Shown here: in pieces, positions 1 to 9,654 of the stretch | How positions within the stretch are numbered: the first letter of the stretch is position 1 | Layout: each line of letters starts with the position of its first letter | Assembly: GCA_963771175.1 (NCBI GenBank) | Contig: CAVYSY010000044.1 | Coordinates: 96,001 to 160,000, forward strand | DNA: 64,000 nt | Direction: 5' to 3' | Source: an uncultured delta proteobacterium | GTDB lineage: Bacteria > Myxococcota > Myxococcia > Myxococcales > Myxococcaceae | Notes under the pieces: generated by a model | Database searches by the model: none | What the model was told of the DNA's origin: nothing | Seen by the model: only the letters and a program-made list of their open reading frames with translations | Translations under genes and position numbers: made by a program

Positions 1-1224
1 GTCCTGGCGACCTTTGGAAGTCGAGGTGACGTGCAACCCTTCATCGTCCTGGGACAGGCGCTCGTGCGCGCGGGTCACCAGGTGGTGCTGTGCGCCTCGG
101 AGGATTTCGGCGGATTCGCCACGGAGCATGGGTTGTCCTTCCATGCCCTCGACGCCTCCTTCGAGGAGTGGTTGCGCGACAGCGCACAGGGCACGGGGAA
201 GCTGATGGAGAACATGCGCCGGTCCCTCGCGCGCCGCCTGGAGGAGCTGCCGAAGGTCGTCGAGGGCGCGGACCTGCTGGTCGCCACGGGATTGCTGGTG
301 GAGGCGCGCTCGGTGGCCGAGGTGCTCCGGGTGCCCTACCGCTACGTCGCCTTCTGCCCGCGCGTCCAGCGCTCGCGCTACCACGCCGGTCCCTCCTTCC
401 CCGTGAACCACTCGCCCCCGTGGTTCAACCGCCTGTCGTGGTGGTTCACCCGCGTCAGTTGGAACAAGTTCGTGGGCGAGCCCATCAACGCGTGGCGCGT
501 CCGGGCCGGGCTCGCGCCCACGAAGGACGTCTTCAACGAGGCCGTGACCGAGTCGACGGTGCTCGCGGCGGATCCCCTCCTGGCGCCGCTGCCGCCGGAC
601 CTCGTGGAGAAGACGTTCCAGCCAGGCGCCTGGATGATGGACGACCCGAAGCCGCTGCCGGACGAGGTGGAGGCATTCCTCGCGGCGGGCGAGCCCCCCG
701 TCTACATCGGCTTCGGGAGCATGTTGGATGAGGACCCGGTCCGCACCACGCGCGAGGTGCTGGAGGCGGTGCGCGCGGCCGGAGTGCGGGCGCTCGTCGC
801 GCGAGGCTGGGCGGGGCTCGGCGGCGAGTCCCTGCCGCCCGAGGTGCTGGCGATCGGCCCCGTGTCCCACGGCGCGCTGCTGCCGAGGGTGCGGGCCATG
901 GTGCACCACGGAGGCGCGGGCACCACGCACGCGGCGGCTCGCGCGGGCACTCCGCAGGTGGTGGTGCCGCACCTCCTCGACCAGTTCTACTGGGCGGATC
1001 GGGTGCAGGCGCTCGGCCTCGCGCCCAAGCCCATCAAGCGCTCGCGTCTCACGGCCCCGCGGCTGGCCGAGGCCCTGCGCTGGTGCCTGCGCCCCGAGTC
1101 CCAACAGCGAGCCCGTGAGCTGGCCTCCCAGGTGCGCACGGATGGCGCGGAGCAGGCAGTGGCACTGCTCACGAAGGAGGCGCCCCCGGTGAAGACAGAC
1201 GCGCGCATCCGGCACGGAGCGTGA
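1..1224 (+). CDS. Glycosyltransferase family 1 (sterol/GT28-N-like UDP-glycosyltransferase), 5' end lies just outside the window
   Basis: Frame open from base 1 (VLATFGSRGDVQPF); PVYIGFGSM, HHGGAGTT and DQFYWA motifs. Confidence 0.9.
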   Translation, partial: VLATFGSRGDVQPFIVLGQALVRAGHQVVLCASEDFGGFATEHGLSFHALDASFEEWLRDSAQGTGKLMENMRRSLARRLEELPKVVEGADLLVATGLLVEARSVAEVLRVPYRYVAFCPRVQRSRYHAGPSFPVNHSPPWFNRLSWWFTRVSWNKFVGEPINAWRVRAGLAPTKDVFNEAVTESTVLAADPLLAPLPPDLVEKTFQPGAWMMDDPKPLPDEVEAFLAAGEPPVYIGFGSMLDEDPVRTTREVLEAVRAAGVRALVARGWAGLGGESLPPEVLAIGPVSHGALLPRVRAMVHHGGAGTTHAAARAGTPQVVVPHLLDQFYWADRVQALGLAPKPIKRSRLTAPRLAEALRWCLRPESQQRARELASQVRTDGAEQAVALLTKEAPPVKTDARIRHGA

Positions 1225-1321
1225 AGGGTCCGCCAGGTCGGGCGCTGGGAGTCCTCGGGGCTCCCGGCCCCCGCCTTGTCCCGGACCGCCTGGATGGGGC
1301 ACGGTGAAGGAGAGACCTCCC

Positions 1322-2827
1322 ATGCCCAGCCCCATCCCTCCCGGACGGCGTGCCTCGCTGGCCGCCTTCGCTCTCTGGGCCGTCGCGGCCGCCTGCTCCA
1401 CTCCTCCCGACGCGCCCCAGCCCTCCTCGCCCAATACCCTGGTGCGGCTCGACGCCGAGGCCCCGGGCACACACTGCGCCTCCGGTGGCACCGCCATCCG
1501 CATGGGCCCCGACTCCAACGGCAACGGCTCCCTCGAGGAGGACGAGGTCTCCTCCTCCCAATACGTCTGCGATGCCCTCACCGAGGAGTCCATCCACTTC
1601 GGCAACCTCCAGGTCCAGTCCAGCGCGGACCTCGCGAAGCTCGAGGGCGTCGAGTACCTCGTCGGAGACCTCTTCATCCGCGGAGACCTCGTCCCCGAGG
1701 TGCACCTGCCTCGCCTCCAGCGCATCACCGGTGCCCTCACCGTCGGCTGGGAGGGACTCGTTCCCCTCGAGGACGGCGGCAGCCTTCCCCCCATGAGCAC
1801 CCTGCGGCTCCCCGCCCTGCGCTCCGTGGGCAACCTCCTGCTCACCCTCCCCTATGTCCAGACGCTCGACCTCTCCGCCCTGGAGAGCGTCGGGGACATG
1901 GTGGAGCTCACCTCCGTCGGCACGCTCACCGCCGTGGACCTCCCCGCCCTGCGCTCCGTCGGCGGTGACTTCTCCTTCCACTACACCGCCCACTTCGCCG
2001 CCTCGCCCCAGTCCCTGCGCGCCCCGCTCCTCGCCTCCGTCTCCGGTGGCTTCCTGCTCGACTACAACGCGCAGCTCGCCACCGCGGAGCTCCCCGCGCT
2101 CGCCCAGGTGGCGTGGCTGTCCGTGCAGGGCAATGCCTCGCTGAGCGCCCTCGTGCTTCCCGCGCTCGAGCGCACCGGCGCCGTCACCGTCTCCCAGAAC
2201 GAGGTGCTCTCCACGCTGTCGCTCCCGAAGCTCGGCGGCGGCTCCGGCGCCACGCTCGTCACCGCGAACCCCGCGCTCAGCCAGTGCTCCGCCCTCGCAC
2301 TCGAGGTGCAACGCCGCCGCGCCGGTTACCTCGAGGCCGTCCTACGCGAGGCCAACCAACCCGACACCTCCTGCGCTCGCAACAGCGCCAGCACCTGCGT
2401 CCCCCTCTCCCTCGCGGACGGCTCCACCTCCTATACGGCGTGCTACGCGGAGCAGGACTTCGCCCAGGCCAGCGCCGACTGCGCCAGCGTCCTCCCCGGC
2501 GGGCACCTCGCCGTCTTCGAGACGCAGACCGAGTTCCTGCGCCTCCAGGAGGCCGTGAAGGGCCGGCTCGCCGTGCCCACCAGCGTCTGGCTCGGCTACT
2601 CGGACCAGGACACCGAGGGCTCCTTCCAGTGGCTCCTCGGAGGCTCCACGTACGCGCCCCAGGCGGGAGACTCCGCCTTCTGGTCCCCCGGCGAGCCCGA
2701 TGACGCGGGTGGCGAGGACTGTGTGGTGCTGCTCGGCCTCACCGGCGCCGCTGGGAACTTCGTGCCCGGGTACGCCAGCGACACCGCGTGCTCGCTCCCG
2801 CGCCCCGCGCTGTGCGAGGCGCCCTGA
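1322..2827 (+). CDS. Lipoprotein with receptor-L/LRR-like repeats and C-terminal C-type lectin domain
   Basis: Lipobox AAAC; repeated LPAL.SV/LP.L..V units; WLG..D...EGSFQW and W.PGEPDD.GGEDC lectin motifs. Confidence 0.75.
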   Translation: MPSPIPPGRRASLAAFALWAVAAACSTPPDAPQPSSPNTLVRLDAEAPGTHCASGGTAIRMGPDSNGNGSLEEDEVSSSQYVCDALTEESIHFGNLQVQSSADLAKLEGVEYLVGDLFIRGDLVPEVHLPRLQRITGALTVGWEGLVPLEDGGSLPPMSTLRLPALRSVGNLLLTLPYVQTLDLSALESVGDMVELTSVGTLTAVDLPALRSVGGDFSFHYTAHFAASPQSLRAPLLASVSGGFLLDYNAQLATAELPALAQVAWLSVQGNASLSALVLPALERTGAVTVSQNEVLSTLSLPKLGGGSGATLVTANPALSQCSALALEVQRRRAGYLEAVLREANQPDTSCARNSASTCVPLSLADGSTSYTACYAEQDFAQASADCASVLPGGHLAVFETQTEFLRLQEAVKGRLAVPTSVWLGYSDQDTEGSFQWLLGGSTYAPQAGDSAFWSPGEPDDAGGEDCVVLLGLTGAAGNFVPGYASDTACSLPRPALCEAP

Positions 2828-2950
2828 CACTCGCCGAGAATGTATGTGTCCTCCAGGGAGCGTCACTGGGGTGAGCCACGACCCGGGGGGTGCGGACTCG
2901 GGCCCGGACCATCTATTGTCGCGGCCCCCCCGGCGCAGGAGGCCCCCACC

Positions 2951-3451
2951 ATGCCCAAGGAACACGTCGATACGCAGAACCTCCAGGTGCAGAACCTCCC
3001 CGAGCAGCACGACAGCCTCCAGCCCATCGCCGACAAGGTGACGCTCGTGGTGACGCAGGCCTTCGGTCCCGGCGGCGACAGCCTCATCGGCCTGTCGGAC
3101 GTGAAGTTCAACGGCTACCCCTCCGTCACCCTCCTCGTGCGCACCCCCGATGGGCGCGAGGGGCTCGTCCACCTCTCGCCCATTCATGGCGACAAGCGGA
3201 AGACGGGCTTCATCGACATCACCCCCGGCACCCGCTGCACCCTGCTCTGCCCCGTCACGAAGCGCCCGCTCGACAAGCTCGGCCCCGCCGACGATGGCAG
3301 CGGCGCCGACTACTACGCCCTCTACCTCACCTCCAAGCTCTCCAAGGGCCACGCGGTCGCCGTCACGGACCTCTGGGACCACTTCCACTCGCGCATCGTC
3401 GATGACGAGGCCGTCATCTCCTACTGGGCCCAGACGCACTCCGTGGGCTGA
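2951..3451 (+). CDS. Hypothetical protein
   Basis: AGGAGG RBS before ATG 2951, strong GC3 codon bias, globular composition. Confidence 0.75.
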   Translation: MPKEHVDTQNLQVQNLPEQHDSLQPIADKVTLVVTQAFGPGGDSLIGLSDVKFNGYPSVTLLVRTPDGREGLVHLSPIHGDKRKTGFIDITPGTRCTLLCPVTKRPLDKLGPADDGSGADYYALYLTSKLSKGHAVAVTDLWDHFHSRIVDDEAVISYWAQTHSVG

Positions 3452-3502
3452 AGCGCCCGCGGAGCCCGCTGTCGCCAGCTAGCGAGGCAGTTGCCAGGAG
3501 CG

Positions 3503-3730
3503 CTACTGAGACAGGTCGTCCAGCACGTCCGAAAGAGTGCTGGCCTTCAGGGCCCGGTCGAACCAGCGGTCCAGGGTGGCCATATCCTTACAGGTGAGGA
3601 TGCGCTGCCGGGCCTCGTCGGCGACGGGCACACCGCGTGCGGCGAGAATTCGCAGCACATCCTCCGCCCGCCCCCGCGCCAATCCCCGCCGCATCCCCCG
3701 CTCAATGAGCTCCTCGCCGTGGCTTCGCAT
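3503..3730 (-). CDS. Putative nested in-frame small protein (RpnS-like antitoxin), 75 aa
   Basis: GGAGGAG at 3734-3740 (- strand) directly before in-frame ATG 3730 (RAEELM); same arrangement in copy 2. Confidence 0.55.
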   Translation of the reverse strand: MRSHGEELIERGMRRGLARGRAEDVLRILAARGVPVADEARQRILTCKDMATLDRWFDRALKASTLSDVLDDLSQ

Positions 3731-4495
3731 CAGCTCCTCCGCGCGTCGCGCATCCACCACCGAATGTAGCACCCGCCCCGTTGCTTTGTGGACCGTGCTG
3801 TCGCCGACGTAGAGCAGGTAACGCACCACCATGCCCAGGTGCTCGGCGCCCTCGGGGGCAGCCCGCACCTGCGCGAAGAGCGCGATCCAATCGGGTAGCC
3901 GCTCGGCCAACTCCTCGGTGCGCCCATAGCGCAGGGCCAGCCACGCCAGCTTCACCAACGGCGGGCCCGCACGCGCCCTCAATGCCTCCTCCCGCTCGGC
4001 CGTCAGGTCGTCCAGCAGGTACTCGAAGCGCGGTACCAGTGCTCGCCAGCGTTCCCGCTCCTCCTCCTCTTCCGGCAGCTCGAAGAGTTCCTCCACCCGG
4101 CGCGGCGCCGTCCAGGCCCCGCCCGTCCCGTGGTACATGACGAGCGGGAGGATGATCGGCAGCCGCGTGCTCTCCGGATGCTCCTGGCGCCACAGCTCCG
4201 CCAGGCGCACCACGTAGCGCAGCATGCGCCACGCCATCCACCTGTCCACCGAGGACTGATGTTCGAGCAAGACGTAGAGCAACAGGGGCCGACCCGTGCG
4301 CAGTCGGGCCGAGAAGAGCAGGTCGCTCTCGGTCTTGCGCAGCTCCGGGTCCACCACGCTGCCCGACTCCTGCCGCAGGGTTTCCCAGTCCACCTCCGCC
4401 ACGACGTGCGAGGGCAAGGTGGCGCGCAGCTCAGCCGCGGCGCGCTCGGGGTGGCCGAAGGTGTAGCGGACGAAGAGGTCATGGGGTCCGGACAT
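3503..4495 (-). CDS. Rpn family recombination-promoting nuclease / putative transposase (YhgA-like), copy 1
   Basis: MSGPHDLF, ESDLLF, LLEHQS, RMLRYV, PLVMYHG motifs; helical DUF4351-like C-terminus. Confidence 0.9.
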   Translation of the reverse strand: MSGPHDLFVRYTFGHPERAAAELRATLPSHVVAEVDWETLRQESGSVVDPELRKTESDLLFSARLRTGRPLLLYVLLEHQSSVDRWMAWRMLRYVVRLAELWRQEHPESTRLPIILPLVMYHGTGGAWTAPRRVEELFELPEEEEERERWRALVPRFEYLLDDLTAEREEALRARAGPPLVKLAWLALRYGRTEELAERLPDWIALFAQVRAAPEGAEHLGMVVRYLLYVGDSTVHKATGRVLHSVVDARRAEELMRSHGEELIERGMRRGLARGRAEDVLRILAARGVPVADEARQRILTCKDMATLDRWFDRALKASTLSDVLDDLSQ

Positions 4496-4510
4496 GCCAG
4501 GGGCGCCCCA

Positions 4511-4526
4511 AGCACGCGGCGGGCCA
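4511..4526 (-). promoter_or_regulatory. sigma54 (-24/-12)-like promoter of rpn copy 1
   Basis: TGGCCCG-CCGC-GTGCT fits TGGCACG-N4-TTGCW with GG-N10-GC spacing; identical at 34087-34102; 15 nt before ATG in both. Confidence 0.55.
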
Positions 4527-4636
4527 CGGGCACCTCCGAGACAGCTGGCAGCCCGCCTGCGTCCGCCCTCGGCGCCCACCGTCCCGCCCACAAGACGCAC
4601 TCGACCGGAGGCACGCCCCCCAGCAGGTCTTCTTCG

Positions 4637-5002
4637 TCATGAAGGAGGGCGTGGTGTACCGGAACGACCGCGGCCCGGCGTCGTCCGTCGTCGCCCGGTA
4701 GTGGAAACCCCACTCCCCAGCGAACGGGTCCTCGGCTCACCACGGACCGGCGGCGTCGGCTCGTATGGCGCGGAGCCTCCCGTGACGATGAGCCACAGGC
4801 CGCCGGCAATCCCTCCAACTCCGAGGAGAATCCCCCCGGCGGCGAACTCCACTTCATAGGACCGGCGACGGTGACCGTGGTGGGGTTCCCTCGCGAGGGA
4901 TACGCCCGCGGCCAGGAAGATGGCACCGAGCACGAGCGCGACCACCCCGCCCTTGCGGCCCGCGCCTCGGATGCCCTCGACGAGTACGAAGAAGAAGTCC
5001 AT
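4637..5002 (-). CDS. Small membrane protein
   Basis: Two hydrophobic segments; directly downstream of the HEAT gene on the same strand. Confidence 0.55.
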   Translation of the reverse strand: MDFFFVLVEGIRGAGRKGGVVALVLGAIFLAAGVSLAREPHHGHRRRSYEVEFAAGGILLGVGGIAGGLWLIVTGGSAPYEPTPPVRGEPRTRSLGSGVSTTGRRRTTPGRGRSGTPRPPS

Positions 5003-5044
5003 GGACGCGCCCCGTTCTATCCGGCCCTCGCCAGGACCGCGAGG

Positions 5045-6982
5045 TCACTCGACGGGGAGGACCTGCCCGTCGCGGGTGATGCGCACGACGTAGCTGATGT
5101 TGGTGTCCGGGTGCTCGCGGCAGTCCAACTCGAAGGGGGGAACGTACTGGCCCATTGGGCTCTCGCCTCCCTCCGCGCTCGGCGGCGGGCGGAGGTAGGC
5201 GAAGTCGAGCTGATGCCCCCTCGAGGTCGTCGCGATCACCAGGTCTCCCCGCGCATCGAAGGCGTAGGCCACGGGATTCCCGGGCAACGGGGCGAAGGGC
5301 TCCAGCACCCAGGTGCCCTCCGGTGTCCGGGTGATGCGATCCACGTGCCCGGAGCAGACGCCCATGTGACACAACCCCTGGAGCACCACTGTCGTTCCGT
5401 GGAGGTCCAGCGCGCGCAGGGGCTGGTGCTCGTAGCGGTTCCCGTCGTCGAGCTCGGTCACCCGCTCCTGTTCCCGCACACCGATCCACCCACTGAAGTC
5501 ACCCATGGGACGCGCGACAAGGCAGGCCTGTCCCATGGGCATGAGGATGTTGCTGGGAGAATCGCGCGAGGGGCCGGCGCAGGGCCCCGAGGTCCTGAGC
5601 GGCTCCGGGGGCATCCCCCACAGGATTCGAAGGGGAAGCCGACCGGTGCGCCGGCGCAGGGCCCACCCGTCGAGGTACGGGATGAGGCGAGGGCAGCGCG
5701 GTGTCGCCGCGGCCTTCCACTCGCCGGAGAGCTGATACCGGGCCACGGCGGCGGCCCACCGGACGTCCTGGGAGCCATCCCTCCGTGCCAGCTCCTCCAG
5801 TTGGGGCAGGGCCGCCTTCGCCTTCTCCCTGAATGTACCGAGCGCCCTCGCGGCGACCTTCTGGACTCCGGAGTGGGGGAGCTCCAGCGCCCGCCGCAGC
5901 GGCTCGATGGCCCTCTCGTCTCGCAGCATCCCAAGCAGATACGCGGCCCGCTCCCGCTCGCCCGGCGTTCCCCGCTCCAGCAGCCCGAGCAGCGCCTCCG
6001 TGGCCTCGGCGGGCGGCGCCTCGTTCATGAACAGGAAGTCCTCCAGGGCGCGCTGGCGGCAATCCAGGCGCGGGGACGAGAGCTGCCGCAGGAGGTGGGG
6101 GACCACCTCCGGCCGTCTCCGCTCGACCAGGGCCTGGAGCGCGATGGGGGTGAGTCGCTCGTCTCCGCGAGCGAGGGCCGCCAGGAACTCCGGCACCGCC
6201 TCTTCCCGCGAATCGTCCGCGAGCACCCGGAGGAGCGAGGCGGCATGGGGCAGGCACCCATCGAGGACGACCTGGCACGTCTTCGGAGCGGGCTCCTGGC
6301 ACGCGGCACCGGAAGGACGCCGGAGCGAGGGCTCCGCCAGCTCGCGCCGCAGCAACTCCTGGAGCCTGGGGACGAGCTCCGGCGGGAGAGAGCAGAGGGA
6401 CGGGAGGCGCCGCTTCAGCGCCGGCTCGAAGGCCTCGGGGTGCTCGAACACCTCCACCATCAGGGGAGCCAGCGTGCGGTCGAGACAGGGCAGGACGGGC
6501 TCGGAGGCGCCCTCCTGGAGGTGGCGGCGCACGAGGGGGAGCGCGCGTGGCTCATCCAGATACACGAGAGCGGCGAGCGCCGGGCCTCGGGGCTCCCGCT
6601 CGTGGAGCGCGAGGAGGGCGGGAATGGCCTCGCGCGCCCCCCCGTGCAGCTGGGCGAGACTCCAGGTGGCGCCAGCCCGTACCCCGGGAGACGGATCCGA
6701 CAGGAGGTCCACGAGGCGGGGCACGACCTGGGTCCTCCAGCGTTTCAGGTTGTCCGCCGCGCAAGACGACTCGAGAGGAAGCCCGCCCCAGGAGTTGGAG
6801 GAGTCCGGGCCCTGGGCCTGCGCGTTCTGGAGCAGCGCGAGGCACTCGTCGGCGCTGGTGCAGCACGACGCCCAGTCCTCCGCGGTCGCGAGGCGTCGGG
6901 TAGTACACGCGGGCCCGGTGAGGAGCAGGGTGCACAGCAACATCACCAGCGGCCGGGGAGTCGAAGTCGTCGCGGAACGCAT
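5045..6982 (-). CDS. HEAT-repeat lipoprotein
   Basis: RBS AGGGGGAG, signal peptide ending GPAC; HEAT units (LVDLLSDPSPGVRAGATWSLAQL, ERERAAYLLGML, VRWAAAVA). Confidence 0.8.
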   Translation of the reverse strand: MRSATTSTPRPLVMLLCTLLLTGPACTTRRLATAEDWASCCTSADECLALLQNAQAQGPDSSNSWGGLPLESSCAADNLKRWRTQVVPRLVDLLSDPSPGVRAGATWSLAQLHGGAREAIPALLALHEREPRGPALAALVYLDEPRALPLVRRHLQEGASEPVLPCLDRTLAPLMVEVFEHPEAFEPALKRRLPSLCSLPPELVPRLQELLRRELAEPSLRRPSGAACQEPAPKTCQVVLDGCLPHAASLLRVLADDSREEAVPEFLAALARGDERLTPIALQALVERRRPEVVPHLLRQLSSPRLDCRQRALEDFLFMNEAPPAEATEALLGLLERGTPGERERAAYLLGMLRDERAIEPLRRALELPHSGVQKVAARALGTFREKAKAALPQLEELARRDGSQDVRWAAAVARYQLSGEWKAAATPRCPRLIPYLDGWALRRRTGRLPLRILWGMPPEPLRTSGPCAGPSRDSPSNILMPMGQACLVARPMGDFSGWIGVREQERVTELDDGNRYEHQPLRALDLHGTTVVLQGLCHMGVCSGHVDRITRTPEGTWVLEPFAPLPGNPVAYAFDARGDLVIATTSRGHQLDFAYLRPPPSAEGGESPMGQYVPPFELDCREHPDTNISYVVRITRDGQVLPVE

Positions 6983-7040
6983 CTCCCCCTCATTGTGGGG
7001 GATTCCGCGCCCGCGTACACCGTGCGGCACCTCCCGAGCG

Positions 7041-8536
7041 TCAGTCCGCCCGCGACTCGGGCGCGGCGTCCTTCGCTTCCTCCGGCAGCAGCTTGCGCAG
7101 CTCGTCCGCCATCTTCCCGAGCTTCAGCGCCGTCGCCGTCACGTCCGTGCCCATCTGCGAGTACGTGTCCACCAGTTCCAGCAGCGTCGCGCACCCCTGC
7201 GAATGTGCGTCGTCTGCTCCGCCTGGCGCTCCGCCTCGCCCGAGCTCTTCTCCATCAACTGCTGGTTCTGCAGCACAATCTCCCGGATGGAGCGCAGCGT
7301 CGTCCTCGCCGACTCCAGCACCGGCTGGAAGCGCGCCGTCGTCTCGCGGATGTGCCCCACCGCCTGCAGCGTCTCGGCCATCTGCTTGGACACCCCGCCC
7401 ACCACCTCCCCAATCCTCCCCGAGCTCCGCCCCGACTCCTCCGCCAGCTTGCCCACTTCCTTCGCCACCACCGCGAAGCCCCGCCCGTGCTCCCCCGCTC
7501 TCGCCGCCTCTATCCCCGCGTTGAGCGCCAGCATGTTCGTCGCCGCCGCCATCTCCTGGATGGTCTCCACGAAGCCGTGGATGCGCTCGGAGCTGTCCTC
7601 CAGCTTCTGCACGCTCTGCGCGCTGCGCCCCACCGCCCGCGCGATGTCGCTCATGCTGGTCTCCATCCCGCTCACCAGCGTGTCCACCTCGCCCGTGTAG
7701 CGCTGCGCCTCCTCGGCCTGCGTGGCGCTCGCCCGCGAGTGCCGGAACAGCGCTCCCGCCGCGCTCGCCATCTGCTCGCTCGCCGCCGCAATCCTCAGCG
7801 CCGACGTCCGCACGTGCGCGGCCTGCTGCGACATCTCCGAAATCGTCGACGAGAGCACCTGCGCCGAGCTCGCCAGCGTGCGCCCCGTCTCGACAATCTT
7901 TCCCCGCGACGCGTGCAACTCCTGCATCGCCTCGGCCATGTCCCGCCGCAGGTAGAACTGCTTGCGACGCCCCTCGTGCAGCGCCTCCAACAGCGAGCCC
8001 ACCGCCAGCAAGCCCACCAGCAGGGTGACGTCCAGCGCCAGCGTGGCGGAGAGAGGCGCGCTCGACAGCACCAGGGTGAACGCCACGTGCGCCAGCGCCA
8101 GCAGCCCGTAGAAGCCGAAGCGCGCCGCCCGGCCCAGCGGCAACACCGCGGGCCCCGTCAGCACGTTCAGGAACATCATCACCACGTGGTAGCCCGTGCC
8201 CGCCGTGCCACTCCGGTAGAACACCCACTCGTTGCCCATGGCGTACAGCGCCACGCACCAGAACCCCAGCGCCGGCAGGTAGCGCTCGTCCACCACCCGC
8301 TGCACGGACGCCAGCACCAGCGCCAGCAGCACCCACGGCAGCCGCAGCAGGGCCATGTGCGCCAGGCTCACCTCCGTGCCCCCAGCGCTCATCGCGAACA
8401 GCACGTCCAGCGCGAAGAGCACCGGCGTGGACACCAGGCCGACGAGGGACAGGTGCCGGAGCCGGGAAGGCCCTCGCGTCAGCAGGAACTCGCGGTAGGC
8501 CTCCTGGGCCTGGGGGGAACGGGGGGTGGTTTCCAT
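7041..8536 (-). CDS. Methyl-accepting chemotaxis protein with multi-TM sensor (frameshift near 7200)
   Basis: [29 protein letters not shown] hairpin-tip motif; C-terminus continues in another frame to 7041. Confidence 0.9.
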
Positions 8537-8666
8537 GTGCCCTGCCACGGGTCCGGAGACCGACTCTCCGACTCCCGTCGGCACCACCGTATCAGATCAC
8601 CCCGCCCTCCCCGGCGCCCGCATTCGCCTGCCCGCTCGCCCTCCGCCCCGCCGGGCGTCCCTCTCC

Positions 8667-9512
8667 CTACACCACCGGCAATTCGCGCTGCACCGGCCCC
8701 GGGGGGAAGGCCGCCTCCAGCCGGGCCAGGTCCTCCCGAGTCAGCCGCAGCCCGTCCGCCGCCGCGTTCTCCCGGGTATGCGCCTCGTGGCTGGCCTTGG
8801 GGATGACGAAGAGCGGGCCCCGCCGCGTGAGGAACTGGAGCGCCACCTGCCTCGGGGTGACGCCGTGCGCCCGCGCCACCGCCGCCAGCACCCGCCCGTC
8901 CACACTGCCCGAGTCGGGGAAGTCCCCGCTCCCGTAGGGGCTGTAGCCCACCACCGCCACCCCGTGCCGCTCGCACCACGGCAGCACCCGGTGCTCGATG
9001 TGCCGCTCCCGCAGGTGGTACAGCACCTGGTTGCACGCCAGCCGCCCCGGCCCCGCCAGCGCCAGCACCTCCTCCAGGTCGCCCACGTCGAAGTTGCTCA
9101 CCCCCCAGGCGCGGATTTTTCCGTCCTCCCGCAACCGCTCGAAGGCGCGCACGGTCTCCTCCAGGGGGTGCGCCCCCGGCCAGTGCAGCAGGTAGCAGTC
9201 CAGGTAGTCCGTCTTCAGCCGCTTCAGGGAGCGCTCGCACGCCTTGAGGGTGCCCGCGTAGGTGGCGTTGTTGGGCATCACCTTGGACACGAGGAACACC
9301 TCGTCGCGCCGCCCGGCGAGCGCCTCGGCCACCAGCTCCTCCACCTCGCCGTAGCCGTACAGCTCCGCCGTGTCCACGTGCGTCATCCCCAGGTCCAACC
9401 CCACCTGGAGAGCCCGGACGGCGCTCGCCCGCTCATCCCCCTCCATCTGCCAGGTGCCCTGGCCGAGCACCGGCACCGCCACGCCCGTGTTCCCGAAGAC
9501 GCGCTTCTCCAT
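8667..9512 (-). CDS. Aldo/keto reductase
   Basis: LGQGTW, DTAELYG, SKV, LLHWP, GVSNF motifs. Confidence 0.95.
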   Translation of the reverse strand: MEKRVFGNTGVAVPVLGQGTWQMEGDERASAVRALQVGLDLGMTHVDTAELYGYGEVEELVAEALAGRRDEVFLVSKVMPNNATYAGTLKACERSLKRLKTDYLDCYLLHWPGAHPLEETVRAFERLREDGKIRAWGVSNFDVGDLEEVLALAGPGRLACNQVLYHLRERHIEHRVLPWCERHGVAVVGYSPYGSGDFPDSGSVDGRVLAAVARAHGVTPRQVALQFLTRRGPLFVIPKASHEAHTRENAAADGLRLTREDLARLEAAFPPGPVQRELPVV

Positions 9513-9654
9513 GGTGTCTCTCCCCAAGGCCCCAGCGTCTCGACTCCCGCCCCGGCCCGGTACGCCCGCTCGCCTGCGTTCCCTGGCGCACAACCCCGCG
9601 TCTCCCCCCTGGAGAGCCAACGTCTGGAGCGCCAGCGGTCGTCCCTCCCGCTCG

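Noticed and set aside
3503..4495. Rpn genes as IS elements
   Set aside because: No terminal inverted repeats or target-site duplications seen; the family is not shown to transpose
4871..8806. 1311-aa ORF and other long antisense ORFs (e.g. 26895-29471, 60480-63434)
   Set aside because: Shadow ORFs opposite recognisable genes, expected from GC3 bias
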